Positions 13,896-26,527 of a stretch of 64,000 nt of DNA are shown here, piece by piece (within the stretch, counting starts at the first letter, position 1; every line of letters begins with the position of its first letter). The notes under the pieces are model-generated. The model was not told the DNA's origin. It saw only the letters and a list, made by a program, of their open reading frames with translations, and did not search any database. Made by a program: the position numbers and the translations under genes. This DNA comes from Camelus dromedarius (Eukaryota), in NCBI RefSeq assembly GCF_036321535.1, contig NC_087436.1, positions 73,162,001-73,226,000 of the forward strand, read 5' to 3'.

Positions 13896-15439
13896 ACAGT
13901 AGATTATGAGGTGCATTTGGAAGTATTTAGATATAGTAAGAGAATGGGAAAAGACTGTCCAGACTGAGAAGCAGCATGAACAAGGTTATGAAAATGGAAC
14001 ATTAGACTTTGGTGTGTATATCCATTGGTACCAATTAATATGATTTTGCCTTTAGAATCTCCTAGGTTGGCCACCTAAGCAGAACAAAGACTCCTGTGAA
14101 CTTATAAATAGTTAAACCAATCGGAATTCCATCTGCCACTTAAAAGAATCTTTAAACTCCAGTGTCATTCAACTGTGGTCATTTAGAAGCAGAGCTCATA
14201 CATTTTTACCAACAGCTGGGGATTTGATATTTGGGATTAATGTCCTGGTAATCCTTTTGATTGACTTGGGGGTTTGTCCAAGAAGTTCCCATCCTTCAGG
14301 AATAACTCAGATGCAAATATCAAACACAACTGCTTGTCGGAGAAACCCTTGGGAGCCAATGGTAGTCTGCTTAATTAGAATCAAATCTAATCAAAACAAA
14401 ACACAAGTTGTATCATTAAGCACCAGAACGAACCACTAAGCAATTTCTGACTCTTGATACCCGGTTAGAATCATATTTTAAAGTGAGATTTTAAATGCCT
14501 TTTGTAAAAGTACATAAGGAATCAGGTAGATTATGCAACCACCTTCAACAAGCACTTTCATAAATCAGTGAATCCAAGTGGGAACAGAATTCTTTAAATT
14601 ATAAGCAAGAAGATAATAATAGAATTAGATCCTGACCTTTCCCATAAAAGCAACCATCCTCTTCCCCGCCCCTACTCATAATATACAATAATGTAATCCA
14701 TATGGAAGAAGTCAGTGTGTGTTTGGGAACCAAGTCCTACACTTTCTTTTCCATCACAAAAAGCCAGTTGTTATTCAGAACCATCCATCAGGATCCTATT
14801 ACACTCTGAAGCATTAAAAAAGGAGGCCTGGACTCAGACCTCCTGCTGAAAAGTTAAGTTGTCAGTTGTTAGGCAGAAAATCAATCAGAAATGCATTTGG
14901 GACAATGGCGTGCTGCCTGGAATTACACCAGGCTGGAAAGAAATCAACCCAGAGGCAAAAAAAATACTAATATTTGGAGATACCCATTCCATCTTAGGTG
15001 AATCAATTTATTTAGACACATTTGCTAAACAGAAATATACTGGTGCCAAGTTTCAGATTTACATATAATTATAGCAGAACACTTACAAAATTTTCTCAGA
15101 AAGATCAAGATACTCTATTGCTCCAACATGTTCCAGTAACTTCAAAATTGTTGTATATCGCTTTGGCTAACTCACATTCCTATCCCTAGGTCTCATAGGA
15201 GGGACAGAGACTTTGCCACAGTTTGAGTAATTTATCATACTTTTGCAAATGCTCATGGAAGACACATGGGTAGCTGGTATTACCATAAGCTCCTTGTAGT
15301 CCCTTGTTGAGAGGGTGGGAGGCAGACAAAAATCCTGGACCACGCTCTTCACATGTAGATTAGTCTGATTTCCAAAGTGATAATAGAGTTAGTTAGAATC
15401 TACTGCCAATGGAATTGGCTCTTAGTCCCCTAAGAGTGA

Positions 15440-15680
15440 TAATATTAAAATAATAGCTACCATGATCTTAGCCTTTTCTATGACTCCATCACAGTGCTAA
15501 GCACTTTGCATACTCCTCTAACCCTCCCAACAATCTTAGGAAGTAGGGCTGCTTATTTGCATTTTACAGACAGGGAAACTGAAGCTTCAAGAGGATGTCA
15601 CTTATTCAAGGTCACGTATCTGATGGGAGGGACCAGAAGTCAAGGTTACGCTGAATGATCCCAGATGCCCTTGCTTGGTA
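15440..15680 (-). mobile_element. MIR SINE
   Basis: gtgctaagcactttgcata...cattttacagacagggaaactgaagc...caaggtcac (antisense MIR core). Confidence 0.85.
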
Positions 15681-16689
15681 ATGCTCCCTCTCACACATAG
15701 TTAAATATCTGCGCACAGAGGGGAGCTGCTCTAAATCATGGGCTACTGCTTCAGCCCCAAACCAGCCGCCTCCCAAATGCTTCTGTGCCAGCTGGATCAA
15801 GAAAGCCAGAGACCTTGGCGCTATCACAGCCAGAGGCCTGCTGTGCAGGGGTTGTGGTATCTTCATGTTTGTTCTCGTAAGTAGGAAGGCCAGTCATTTA
15901 CCAACCACCTTGACTATGTGCTTGGAAAGTTTGAAGCCATTGCTGCCAATCCATGGCCCTCTTTAGGCCATCTTTTCCCCAACATGAACATGCAAGTTAC
16001 CCAGCAAAGGTGTTAATTTCTAATAATATCATTTCTGATAATGAGTCAGTGCCTCCTCAACCCATCCTTAAACAACGAGCCATCCGTATAGGAGAAGTAT
16101 GCCTTTCTATAATTCTCCACTCACCTCCTCTTCACTGGTGCCTGCTTTTGCCAGGTCCTCTGGAATTTTATCAAACACAGGTGTGCTTGTTTGGGTAATA
16201 TTTTCCTTACCATTGAGCTAATGTGACTACTTAGAGTAACTGCTTTAAATGTTATAATTAAAATTTCCAAAGATTTTCAAGCATTTATTCCCACTAAAAT
16301 ATGCTTGTGCGGAGAAGAGGTATTTCCATTTTGTGGGTGCAAAAACTGAGACACAGAAAAGTTACAGAATTAAAATTTTCTAGCACTTGGCTAAGTGCAC
16401 TGTTCAAATTAATGAAATAGAAAATGATAGAAACATCTGGGTATGCTGCCCAGGCTCTCTGGACTCTGGTTTGATGCTCCTTGCTGCAGGATAGACAGTT
16501 TACAGGCTTGAATGTTTAATTGTTTCTTCCTAAACTCCTTCACTCTTGCACTCCTCCAGTTAACTCACAGTCCAGTTTTTATTCTATTAGGCTTTAAGTG
16601 TGACAACCATGTTTCCCAACATTGAACTCTGCACAGGCTGGTCTGGGATTAACATGAGATCATTTCCCTTCTTTAAAAAAAGATTGCTG

Positions 16690-16915
16690 AGCTGTGGAGT
16701 ACAGCAGTTACATGCACAGTTACTGGAGCCAAAATGCTTAGGTTCAAATTCCAGTTTCAGCCACATGTGGGACCCTGAGCAAATTAATAACTTGGCACCC
16801 CACCTACCCCATCTACAAAATACAAATAATAATAGTACCTAATTCATAGTCATTGTAAGAATTAACTGCATTCAAGCAAAGCCTCTAACCAATTCCAAAA
16901 ACACATTAAATGTTT
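16690..16915 (+). mobile_element. MIR SINE
   Basis: ggttcaaattccagtttcagccac...catctacaaaat...aataatagtacctaattcatag...gtaagaattaa. Confidence 0.8.
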
Positions 16916-17407
16916 CCTGTTTTTTCAATTCCAAACAACCCTCACTCCTCAATCTCAAAAAAATGATTCTTTTATGCTGAGACATTCTTATTCCCTATCA
17001 GTCCCATTCAGAAGGTTCTGATCAAATAAAATCCATCATTCACTACTTCTTCCTCTACTCCCAAATCTGACCCCATAGTTTTGGACCATATCTTAGTCCC
17101 ATATGCAGGCTCTGTGTAGCAGTTTTTCTCTCGAAAAGTCAGGCTTTCCTCTAGAAAGAAATGGTTCGAAATTTCTGGAAATAATCCTCACGATAGGTGA
17201 CACTGGTTGGCTGAATCACAAGCCAAATCTCTCTCTAACAGCCTGTGTATGATCAAGAAATTCCCCTTGCATCACCGCCCTCAGTCTCAGGCACCACCCC
17301 GGGAAATGTGACAACAGGGGCCTCAGAGTCCAGGGGTGCTGATGGAAAGGTACAAGGGCCTTCCTCTCTTCAGGTGTGTTTCTTCTTCCTTTTTCTTTCT
17401 CAGGTTG

Positions 17408-17897
17408 CTATGACAGCTACTACTAACTGTTCCCCAATATCCATTCTCCCCTTCTTCCATTGCAATAGAATTTTGGTTGGGCTCCTGGCCACTGGAATAA
17501 AGACATTTCCCAGCCTCTCGTCCAGTTTGATGGAGCTATGTAGCTGAGTTCTGGACAATGAGATGTGAGTATAAGTGATGTGCACAACACCACTTCTAGA
17601 CAATGTCCTTAAAGGGAGGGTCATCTCTTTTCTGCCCTCCTATGACCTGCAGCTTAGAATCTAGAATTGGTGGCAAGATAACTTGGACCATGTGGACGAG
17701 AGCAAGATCCAGAGATAGAGAAGCCACGAATAGAAGGAGGCTGGGTCTCTGGAGAATCTAACAGAGCAGAGCTACTGTGGCAGCCCAGGTCTCACTCCCT
17801 TGAGCTGTACATCAATCAGAAATAATACAAAAGGTTTAGTCCACTGTAATTTGGGGTCTCTTTTACATATAGCTTAATCTGTGTCCTAACTAGTACA
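17408..17897 (+). mobile_element. MaLR (MLT1-like) LTR
   Basis: ccccaatatccattctccccttcttcc...catttcccagcctc...gagttctggacaatgagatgtgag...ctaactagtaca end. Confidence 0.75.
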
Positions 17898-18666
17898 TTC
17901 ATCCATTCTGTATTATTTTTAAAGGAATTTACTTCTGTCCTGATTTTAGATTTAGCCTTATGCAAGAGTCATTACATTTCCTTAATTCTAAACCTTTTTT
18001 GTTTTCCTTTTTTAAGTGTACATTCAATAGTATATAAATTTCACTGTAAGACTCTATTTTGTTACTTCATGTAAAAGTAGTGACCTTAATGCCAAAAAAT
18101 AATTTTCTCCAGATGTTTTGTATTAATTTGATGTAGGATTTTGGACTTACCTGGCATCCATTTTTTTTTATTTCCATATAGTTGATCTAAGCCAGAATTC
18201 TACATTTCTGAATGACAATGATGCATATTATGTCTGCTTTATAATCTTATTTATTTCTTCCTATTTTCAATGATATGACTACTTGGGGATAAAACCCCAG
18301 GTTTGAAGAAGCAAAGATGCACTTATGTACAATTACCATGTGCTATATAGCTTATTTCACTAACAACAAATTTCGTTTAAGCATTTGGTATACACTATAC
18401 ATCTTTAAATATCCTAGTGGGTATTTTAATTCACTATTGCTAAAGTTTTATTTATAATTTCACTTTCCATTTCAAAGATAAATTTCCTCAAATATATCTA
18501 TATGAGATTTATTGTAGGTATCAATGTGGGTTTTTTGTTTGTTTGAGTTGCTACTTCAATTCAGGGTGTTTTTTTTCCTAATTAATATTCAGTTTATTAA
18601 AGTTACCAAGTCAAAAACATAGTTTTCCTTCAGCTTTTAATTTCACTTTATAAGTTTCATTCTATA

Positions 18667-19155
18667 AATGGATGGACCTTGAGGACATTATGCTCAAGAG
18701 AAATAAATCAGTCAAAGAAAGATAAATACTTTATGATCTCTCTTATATGTGGAATCTAAAAAAAACTGACTTCATAGAAACAGAGAACAGATTGGTGGTT
18801 GTCAGAGGCAGGGGTGGAAGGTGGGCAAATGGGTGAAGGTGCTCAAAAGGTACAAATTCCCAATTATAAGATAAATAAATTCTGAGGATGTAACAAACAG
18901 CATGGTAACTGTAAAACAAAAAATGCTTCATTGTATATCTGAAAGTTACCAAGAGAATAGATCTTATAAGTTCTCATTATAAGAAAAAAGAAAATGTAAC
19001 TATATGAGGTGATGGATGCTAACTAAACAGGTTGTGGCAATCATGTGGCAATATATACATTCCTAAAATCATTATGTTGTACACCTTAAACTAATATAAT
19101 GTAATATGTCAATTATATCTCAATAAAACTAGAAAAAATAAATTAAATTTAAAAA
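18667..19155 (+). mobile_element. L1 3' end (L1MA/MB-like)
   Basis: atggatggaccttgaggacattatgct...gttgtacaccttaaac...caattatatctcaataaa + A tail. Confidence 0.9.
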
Positions 19156-20486
19156 TAAAGTAGTTAATATTAACACTTACTCCCAAGGAGTCAAAACAAA
19201 TATTTGATTAACTTTTGGTCAACTCAGTTTATTTGGTTTCTTTTATACACGTAAGACCTCTTGAACATTTTGACTACTTTTACATATTTAATATAATTGC
19301 CTACTTTGAATGCACCTTTTGAATGTCACTGTAAGGAAAATTCTCCCAAGCACTTAAAAATTCAACTAAATTCAATAGATTAAATTTAAAATATAATGAA
19401 TTCTGAGCTCTCTTAAACAGTCAGCATTATTTACAAACTTAGTAAAATATTTTATGCATCTAACTTAGAAACCATAAATCTAAATCAACTACTGAATTAC
19501 ATATTTTAAGTGAGAATTACAAGACTGACGTGTTTATAATATATTTAATTCTATTTAAATCCAAATGTGCTTCTATTCTGGTTTAATCAACAGAAAAATA
19601 TTAATATGATTTTGATTTAGTTTATTATTTCTAAGATTACTCAATGCTTCCCGTGGGTGAAATGAATTTGGTATACGGACTAAAGAAAGCAAGTTAGACT
19701 TTGTCATCACAAGTGAATTGTGGTGGCTGTCTTGGCATAGTGAGGTTGCTTATTGGCCGAAGGCTTTGGCCAGGACTGACTTTCCACAGGCCACTAATGG
19801 CCAAGGGGAACCCTTATATAGCGCCACTCTGCCAAGAGGGAACCCAAGCCTATCTCCAAATAGGTCAGCTTCACATCCCCCTGAATTCAAGTTACACATT
19901 TTCTATTTCTTCAATCTGATTTGAGTCTGCAAATCCCCACCAAGATTATTTCAGCACTTGATTAGATTTAACTAATTCATTTACTGCCTGGTTCCACTCT
20001 GAACGCTTTTCATATTTTGCTCTGGGCTCCCACCACAAACCTGACAGATATTTAAATAACAGCTGATTGAATTCTGCCTGTTTCTCATCTCTGTTTGACT
20101 TGACAGACCCCAGACATCATACTAATGACAGTAAGGAGATGGGCATCTCTGGACATTATTGTTAGTTAGAGCTCATTTGTAACAAATATGTGCCTTCAAG
20201 TTGCTTTTACATTTTTAAATCATTTTCATCCGCAGTTCACATTGTTAAACCTGGTATTTTTGTTCTTGTTAAACATGAAGAGTAAATTTTATCCAGTTTT
20301 TTTAAGCATTTGGTTTTTTATTATACAAGCAATGTAATCTTCTCCAGAGGCAGGAAAGCCTGTCTTTAATGCCTAAACTTGGTTCCTTTTATCCCTGGAA
20401 TCTCTAGCAAAACTTCAAACGAAGCGACGTCACCTGTGGCTTCAGAGCTGACACTTAAAACTGCCCCTCTGCAGCCTTTATGGGGT

Positions 20487-21860
20487 AACTTAATTTTGAA
20501 ATAATTTCAGACTTCCTGGGAAGTTTTTAAAATAGTGCAAAGAATCCCCACGGACAACACCAAGATTCCTCAAATATTATCATTTTATCACATTTGCTTT
20601 ATCATTCTCTTATATCCATTGGCATAAAATTTATCTTCTGAAATACATGAAAGTAAATTTTAGACAGGATACCCCCTTAACTTTCAATACTTCAGTTGTA
20701 TTTGCTAAAAATAAAGACAATCTCATATATAATTGCTGTGCATTTACCAAAATCAATAAATTAACAATGATGCAGTACCATTACCATTACCAACATCAAC
20801 ATTGTTCTCTGATTTATAGACAGATCTTAAGCAAAGTTTGTCAATTAACCCACTCGTGACCTAAATTGTCCAGGAGTAAATCCAGGATCACCAATTACAG
20901 CTGGTTGTCATGTCTCTTTGTTCTTCTTTAATCTGGAACAGTTCTTTTTTCTTTTTCTTTTTCTTTTTCTTTTTCTTTTTCTTTTTCTTTTTCTTTTTCT
21001 TTTTCTTTTTCTTTTTCTTTTTTTTTTTTTTTTTGTCTTTTGTAGTTTTGATAGTTTGAAGAATTCAAGCCAGTTATTTTGTAGACTGTTTCTTAACTTG
21101 GGTTTGTCTGAAGTCCCCTCATTATTACACTCAGGTTACACGTTTTCGTCAGGAACATCACATACGTGTTGTTCTGTCCTCCCCGGGAGGCACCAGGTGT
21201 CTGTGCAGCCCATGTTAATGATGTTACATTGATTGCATGGTTAATATGATTTGTCAAGTTCCTCCACTGAAAGGACACTATTTTTTCTTTGAGATTAATA
21301 AGTATATCATGGGGAGATACTTTGAAACTATGTAAATATCTTGTTTTTCATCATACTTTCACCCTCTGGTTTTAGAAGTCATGGGTAATTTTTGCCTGAA
21401 ACAATTATTATTATAATGACTGCCAAAAAGGTGATTTTCTAACTCCTTCAGTCTCTTTGTCTTTGTTAGTTGGAATTCTACTGTAAGGAGGAGCATTTTC
21501 TCCTCCCTCCTTTATTTCCTGACTCATTTATTTATATCAGTATGGACTCAAGGATTATTTTTTCCTTTGGGTTATACTCCATCACTATTGAAAGCCATTA
21601 TGATACTCAAATTGTCCCAGATTTGGCCAGTGGAAGACCCTCCAAGCTGGCTCCTGTGTCCACTGAACATGGCCCCCCTCCTTTGAGCTCTTCCTTGCAT
21701 TTTGGCCCAAAAACTGTCCCAAGTTCACAGTGGAATTTTCCTGTTCCAGACCTGGAGTGACCCACTTCTCAAAGGAGCTCCAGATTCTTATGGGAGAATG
21801 ATATTTAGAAGCCAAGACCTAGGTCCTACGTGTGCTCATGGCTACTAAAGTGTTCTCTGA
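20487..21860 (-). mobile_element. Old L1 (L1MC-like) 3' region
   Basis: ttttgaaataatttcagactt...ggggagatactttgaaactatgtaaatatc...caaattgtcccagatttggccagtgg; homologous to 52490-53295. Confidence 0.8.
20944..21034. repeat. (TTTTTC)n hexamer repeat ending in poly-T
   Basis: Read directly; source of the FLFLFL ORF. Confidence 0.95.
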
Positions 21861-22881
21861 TGCCTTTTCAACTATTCCTAATAATAGCCATTTCAGCTGA
21901 CAGATACCTCTGGAAAGTCTACAAGATAATCTCCTAACAGTCTCACCAACGGCTTTACCACATAGCAATAGTTAGGTCTCCTTCACACCAACCTGTCCCA
22001 TTAGTGTGCACCAGGGTTTTTCTCAGTCACCAAACTTTCTAAGGACCATTCCCTCCTGAGTTATGTAATTTTCCCCATCTTAAGGGCAAGATACATCAGA
22101 GGGGACTACCATTTCCCCATCACCTCCCCAAACTAGAACATATAGCTCCCTCTCTGCCTTGAAGTTTTCTTCAATATTTCCTCCTATCACTCATCCCTTT
22201 CTTCATACAAATTTCTTTCATCTGCCTTTTATCCTGGTATTCTTGGAAATGACCCTCTGCACAGAACTTGCTTCTTGGGCTCTTTTGGATTCCGGAGTTC
22301 AAGACTGGAGAAAAAGAACTAACACAGACATCCAGGCTCTGTCTTCTCTTCTTCATCCCTAAAACTCATTATGCATGTCCCAAGGAACTGGGAAGCCAGA
22401 GAGAAACTCATCAGACCCTGAAGACTGTAAGACTTAAGCCTTGAGACCATTAGAGCTGTATCATTTAAAACAGAGAGCAAGGGCAAATAAAAACAAAGTA
22501 AAGTGGACTATATGATAAAAAAAAAATGAGATAAAATGAAGAAAAGAGACTATTTAAAATGTACTAAACATAAGAAGGGATATAAGTGGGTCTCCTACAC
22601 AGTGAATATTTAATGTTTAGAGTTTCCCAATGAATAATGTATGCAGAGATCACATCAAAGAGTTCAATTCTTGTTCATAGGTCAGAGGTCAGGCTTTGGT
22701 CCATCACGGAAGAAGACTTTAGGGAATCATTCTGAGAATGAGGAGGCAAGAACAGTGATGAAAGGATTTCTATGTAACCATGAAGTATCTTACAGATCTA
22801 GAAGTAGAGAAACCAAGGAAAAGTTACAAGGAACAGTACATGGAAAGTTAATTTGGACATGTATATGTATAGGAATAAATT

Positions 22882-22883
<2 letters not shown>

Positions 22884-22912
<29 letters not shown>
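22884..22912. repeat. (TG)n microsatellite
   Basis: Read directly. Confidence 0.95.
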
Positions 22913-22915
<3 letters not shown>

Positions 22916-23492
22916 CACTTACCTATTATCTTTTCCACAGAAAAGCATTTCACTTTAGAAAGAAAATAGAAAGAAATAAATGTATATGTTGCACTTTTAG
23001 GTTAAAAGCTATCTTTTATATTTACGTTATTTACATATAATAACTTCAGAAATGACTGTCTCCCCAAAGGACTTACACTAGTTACTAGTTTTCCAGACCT
23101 GAGTTCAGCCCAGTCTCTAGTCCACATGACTTTCACCTTCAGAAACCTAGTGTGCTGCTGACCCTCTACCTGGGCTGAAATTCTTGCTATTCTGCCAAGA
23201 TAGAAGGAAAGTCAGACATAGAATATATCCCCTCTTCTTCCCTAAGTCGTAGCTCTTCCCAGACCATAGAAATGATATTCCGTGTTCTCTATTCAAAGAC
23301 AGGAAAAACCCTATGCTTTCCCCTGCCCATCCCCAGGGTCAAGAACAGAATTCCCCCCTCCCACTGCTGCCTCTGCCTCCACACTACATTTTACCCCTGT
23401 AGGTACCTGGGGCTGTAACAGCCTTTTATTCAAGATGAGCCTCAGGAAGAGTTCCCTGGAAAGATTTTTTTTCCTTTGTGTCTTTCTATTTT

Positions 23493-23968
23493 TTTTCTTT
23501 TTTTTTAAGCATCTCATTGATATTTTTTTTTTAATTGAAGTATAACCAATTTACAACATGTTAATTTCTGGTGTACAGCATAGTGATTCAGTTATATATA
23601 TATATTCTTTTTCATATTCTTTTTCATTATAGGTTATTACAAGGTACTGAATATAGTTCCCCGTGCTATACAGTAGAAACTTGTTGTGTATCTATTTTAT
23701 ATACAGTAGTTAGTATCTGCAAATCTCAAACTCCCAATTTATTCCTCTCCACCCTCTTTCCCCTCTGTAACCATAAGTTTGTTTTTTATGTTTATGAATC
23801 TCTCTGTCTCTGTTTTGTAAAGAAGTTCATTTGTAAATAAGTCTTTTTTTGTAGACTCCACATATAAGTGGTATCATATGATATTTTTCTTTCTCTTTCT
23901 GGCTTACTTCACTTAGTATGATGATCATAAAGAAGAATAAAGTAATGCCATTTGCAGCAACACAGATG
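23493..23968 (-). mobile_element. L1 3' end with short 5'-inverted segment
   Basis: poly-T + aattgaagtataacc...tggcttacttcacttagtatg (antisense), then sense L1 cataaagaagaataaagtaatgccatttgcagcaacacagatg (~23926-23968). Confidence 0.88.
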
Positions 23969-25697
23969 TGCTCTTCTATTTTTCCAAATGTTGTTAACAT
24001 GTTTCAGTTCTTTAATTTTATAAACCATAATAAGTGTTGTTTTAAGGAAAAGAAATGTCTCACTATGAAAATCCAGAATAAAAGACTAGAGCACACATGA
24101 TTCTTGACTTTGCTGTTCCTCTGCACATACACCACTGATCTAATCTTACGCCTCACCCAAGTAAGAACCCCTACATAGATGGGGGGGGATCCTACTGCTC
24201 CCATTCACTGGGTAGGAAGGGGAAGGCTGGAAGATAGGAATGTTGTAGATAAATAAATTTGTTAAGTTCTGATTGTGAATTACTGTTTTTATAATCTGAG
24301 AGCTCCTGTCTGTGATCCATGAAGGCAAGGTGTCAACTTCTTTCCACTCTTCAAGATGGGGAAAAGCCCTTTTCAAAAGTTTCAGGCAGTGGGAAGAAGT
24401 TAGGTTAGCTACATTTTTATATTCTTTCATTGATCTTGAACTTACATTAGCCCTTTCATTATTCTATGTGTGGGCTCTATTAAAAGCCCTTTTCTCTGCC
24501 CAAGGGTCAGGGGTCAGTCTTGATCATGTCACAGATGGGATTTACTCTGAGTATGGAAGCTCTTGTCTGTCACTCATTCTCCTTCCCACAGGAAGGCTGT
24601 CCCTGAGGGAGGATTCTTTTCCATGGCTAGTGATGAAAGACTTAAAGCTGCGCTCTTCACTCAGAAAGTCTGGAAAGGAGAGATTTAGGACAGACGATAC
24701 AAGGAGAGTTAACTTAGACATATCAGTAGAAAACACTTGAAATAATAAACTTCCTTCCAGTGAAAACCAAAGGCACTTTTGTTGATCTGTTTTCACTCAT
24801 TTACTATCCTCATTTGAAGAACAAGCAAAACCAAACCCTAATTTTTTGAGATCCAAATGTCATAGTCCAGCCTCCACCCTCACTGGCGATCCCACTAGCT
24901 AGAGAAAGCAGAGCTTTCCTTCAACCCTTTCTGCCTTGATTCTTCCCAAAAACAGCAAGGGAAGGTTTACAATACTGTGCATGTCTTTCGAAAACAGATC
25001 CAGAACATAAATGTGGTCTATGAATGGTCCACTTTGTGGTCCCTTTTCTGTCCAAGGACAGAGGTGATTCTTTAGTGAGGAAATGGGGACTGTTTTCTTC
25101 CCCACAGTATATAGCATTTTCACCAAAATCCATAGAAATGGTGAGGATGGAGAGAAGAAATCATCCAAACCCCTCTTCTCATCACCACACCCCTCCCACC
25201 ACCAGCACTGACAAACTTCACTCTTGGTCTTTCCAGAATCAAGACTCTTTTCACCTACTTATTGCTCAGGAGAAAATAAACAAAACCCAAAACAGAATTT
25301 TTCTTCCCTGATCACTTATTTCCTTTCTTCCCTTCTAAATTCTTAGTGGGGAGCAATATCATATTTTGTTGACATAAAAATGCATGAAAATTATGCTATA
25401 ACAGAGAAGAGCACCATGGACCCGGGTACAAAGCAGGAGACTCAGCACCCAGACAGTAAGGAGAGGGAGCAAGAAGACTCAGAAGCTTGGGACCACTAGG
25501 AAGCCTTATATTAATGGTGAGAACTGAAATCACATCACTATGTTAATTACATCTTCTTTCCTCACTGTGACCCATCCTGAGAAAAGACCAAGTAGACATC
25601 AACCAAAATCTGTAAAATATTCCCACAATCTATCAAAAAGATAAAAAGTAATCAAATATTTTAGTCAGAAGGAATCATTTAGATCAGACTCATGAAG

Positions 25698-25941
25698 CTC
25701 CTTAAAAAACTAAAAATAGAGTTGCCATATGATCCAGCAACCCACTCCTGGACATATATCCAGAGAAAACTCTAATTTGAAAAGATACAAAAGATGTTAA
25801 TAACAGCACTATTTACAGTAGTGAAGTCATAGAAGCAACCTAAGTGTTCATTGACAGAGGAATGGAGAAAGATTATATATATGTATATATATAATATATA
25901 TATATAATTATTAATTTTATAAACCATAATAAGTGTTGTTT

Positions 25942-25991
<50 letters not shown>

Positions 25992-26527
25992 AATATTATT
26001 CAGCCATAAAAAATGAAATAATGCCATTTGCAGCAACATGGGTGGACCTAGAGATTATCATACCAAATGAAGTAAGTCAGACAGAAAAAGACAAATATCA
26101 TATGATACCACTTATACATAGAAATTTTTTTAAAAGATACGAATGAACTTATTTACAAAACAGAAATAGACTCAGACATAGAAAACAAACGTATGGTTAC
26201 CAAAGGGGGAAGGAGGGGACAGGGAAGGGATAAATTAGGAGTTTGGGATTAACATATATACATACTGTATATGAGATAGGTAAATAACAAGGACCTACTG
26301 TATAGCACAGGGAACTATATTCAATGCCTTGTACTAGCTTATGATGGAAAAGAATCTCAAAAAAAAGTATGTATTTGTATATATATAACTGAATATATAT
26401 ATATTCAGAACCTGAAAAAGAATATAAATATTTGTATATATATAACTGAATCAGTTTGCTATACACCTGAAACTAATACTGCACTGAAAATTAACTATAC
26501 TTCAATTTAAAAATTGTTTTAAAAAAT
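25698..26527 (+). mobile_element. 5'-truncated L1 3' end with 17-bp TSD
   Basis: cttaaaaaactaaaaatagagttgccatatgatccagcaa...aactatacttcaat; TSD AGATCAGACTCATGAAG (25681-25697) / AGATTAGACTCATGAAG (26528-26544). Confidence 0.95.
25873..25989. repeat. (AT)n/(AC)n compound microsatellite inside the L1
   Basis: Read directly; interrupted by a 33-bp unique insert. Confidence 0.93.

Noticed and set aside
24146..24796. Cluster of ORFs on both strands, with a minus-strand acceptor-like ctctcctttccag
   Set aside because: No recognisable protein motif, in-frame stops between the ORFs and no partner exons; treated as chance.
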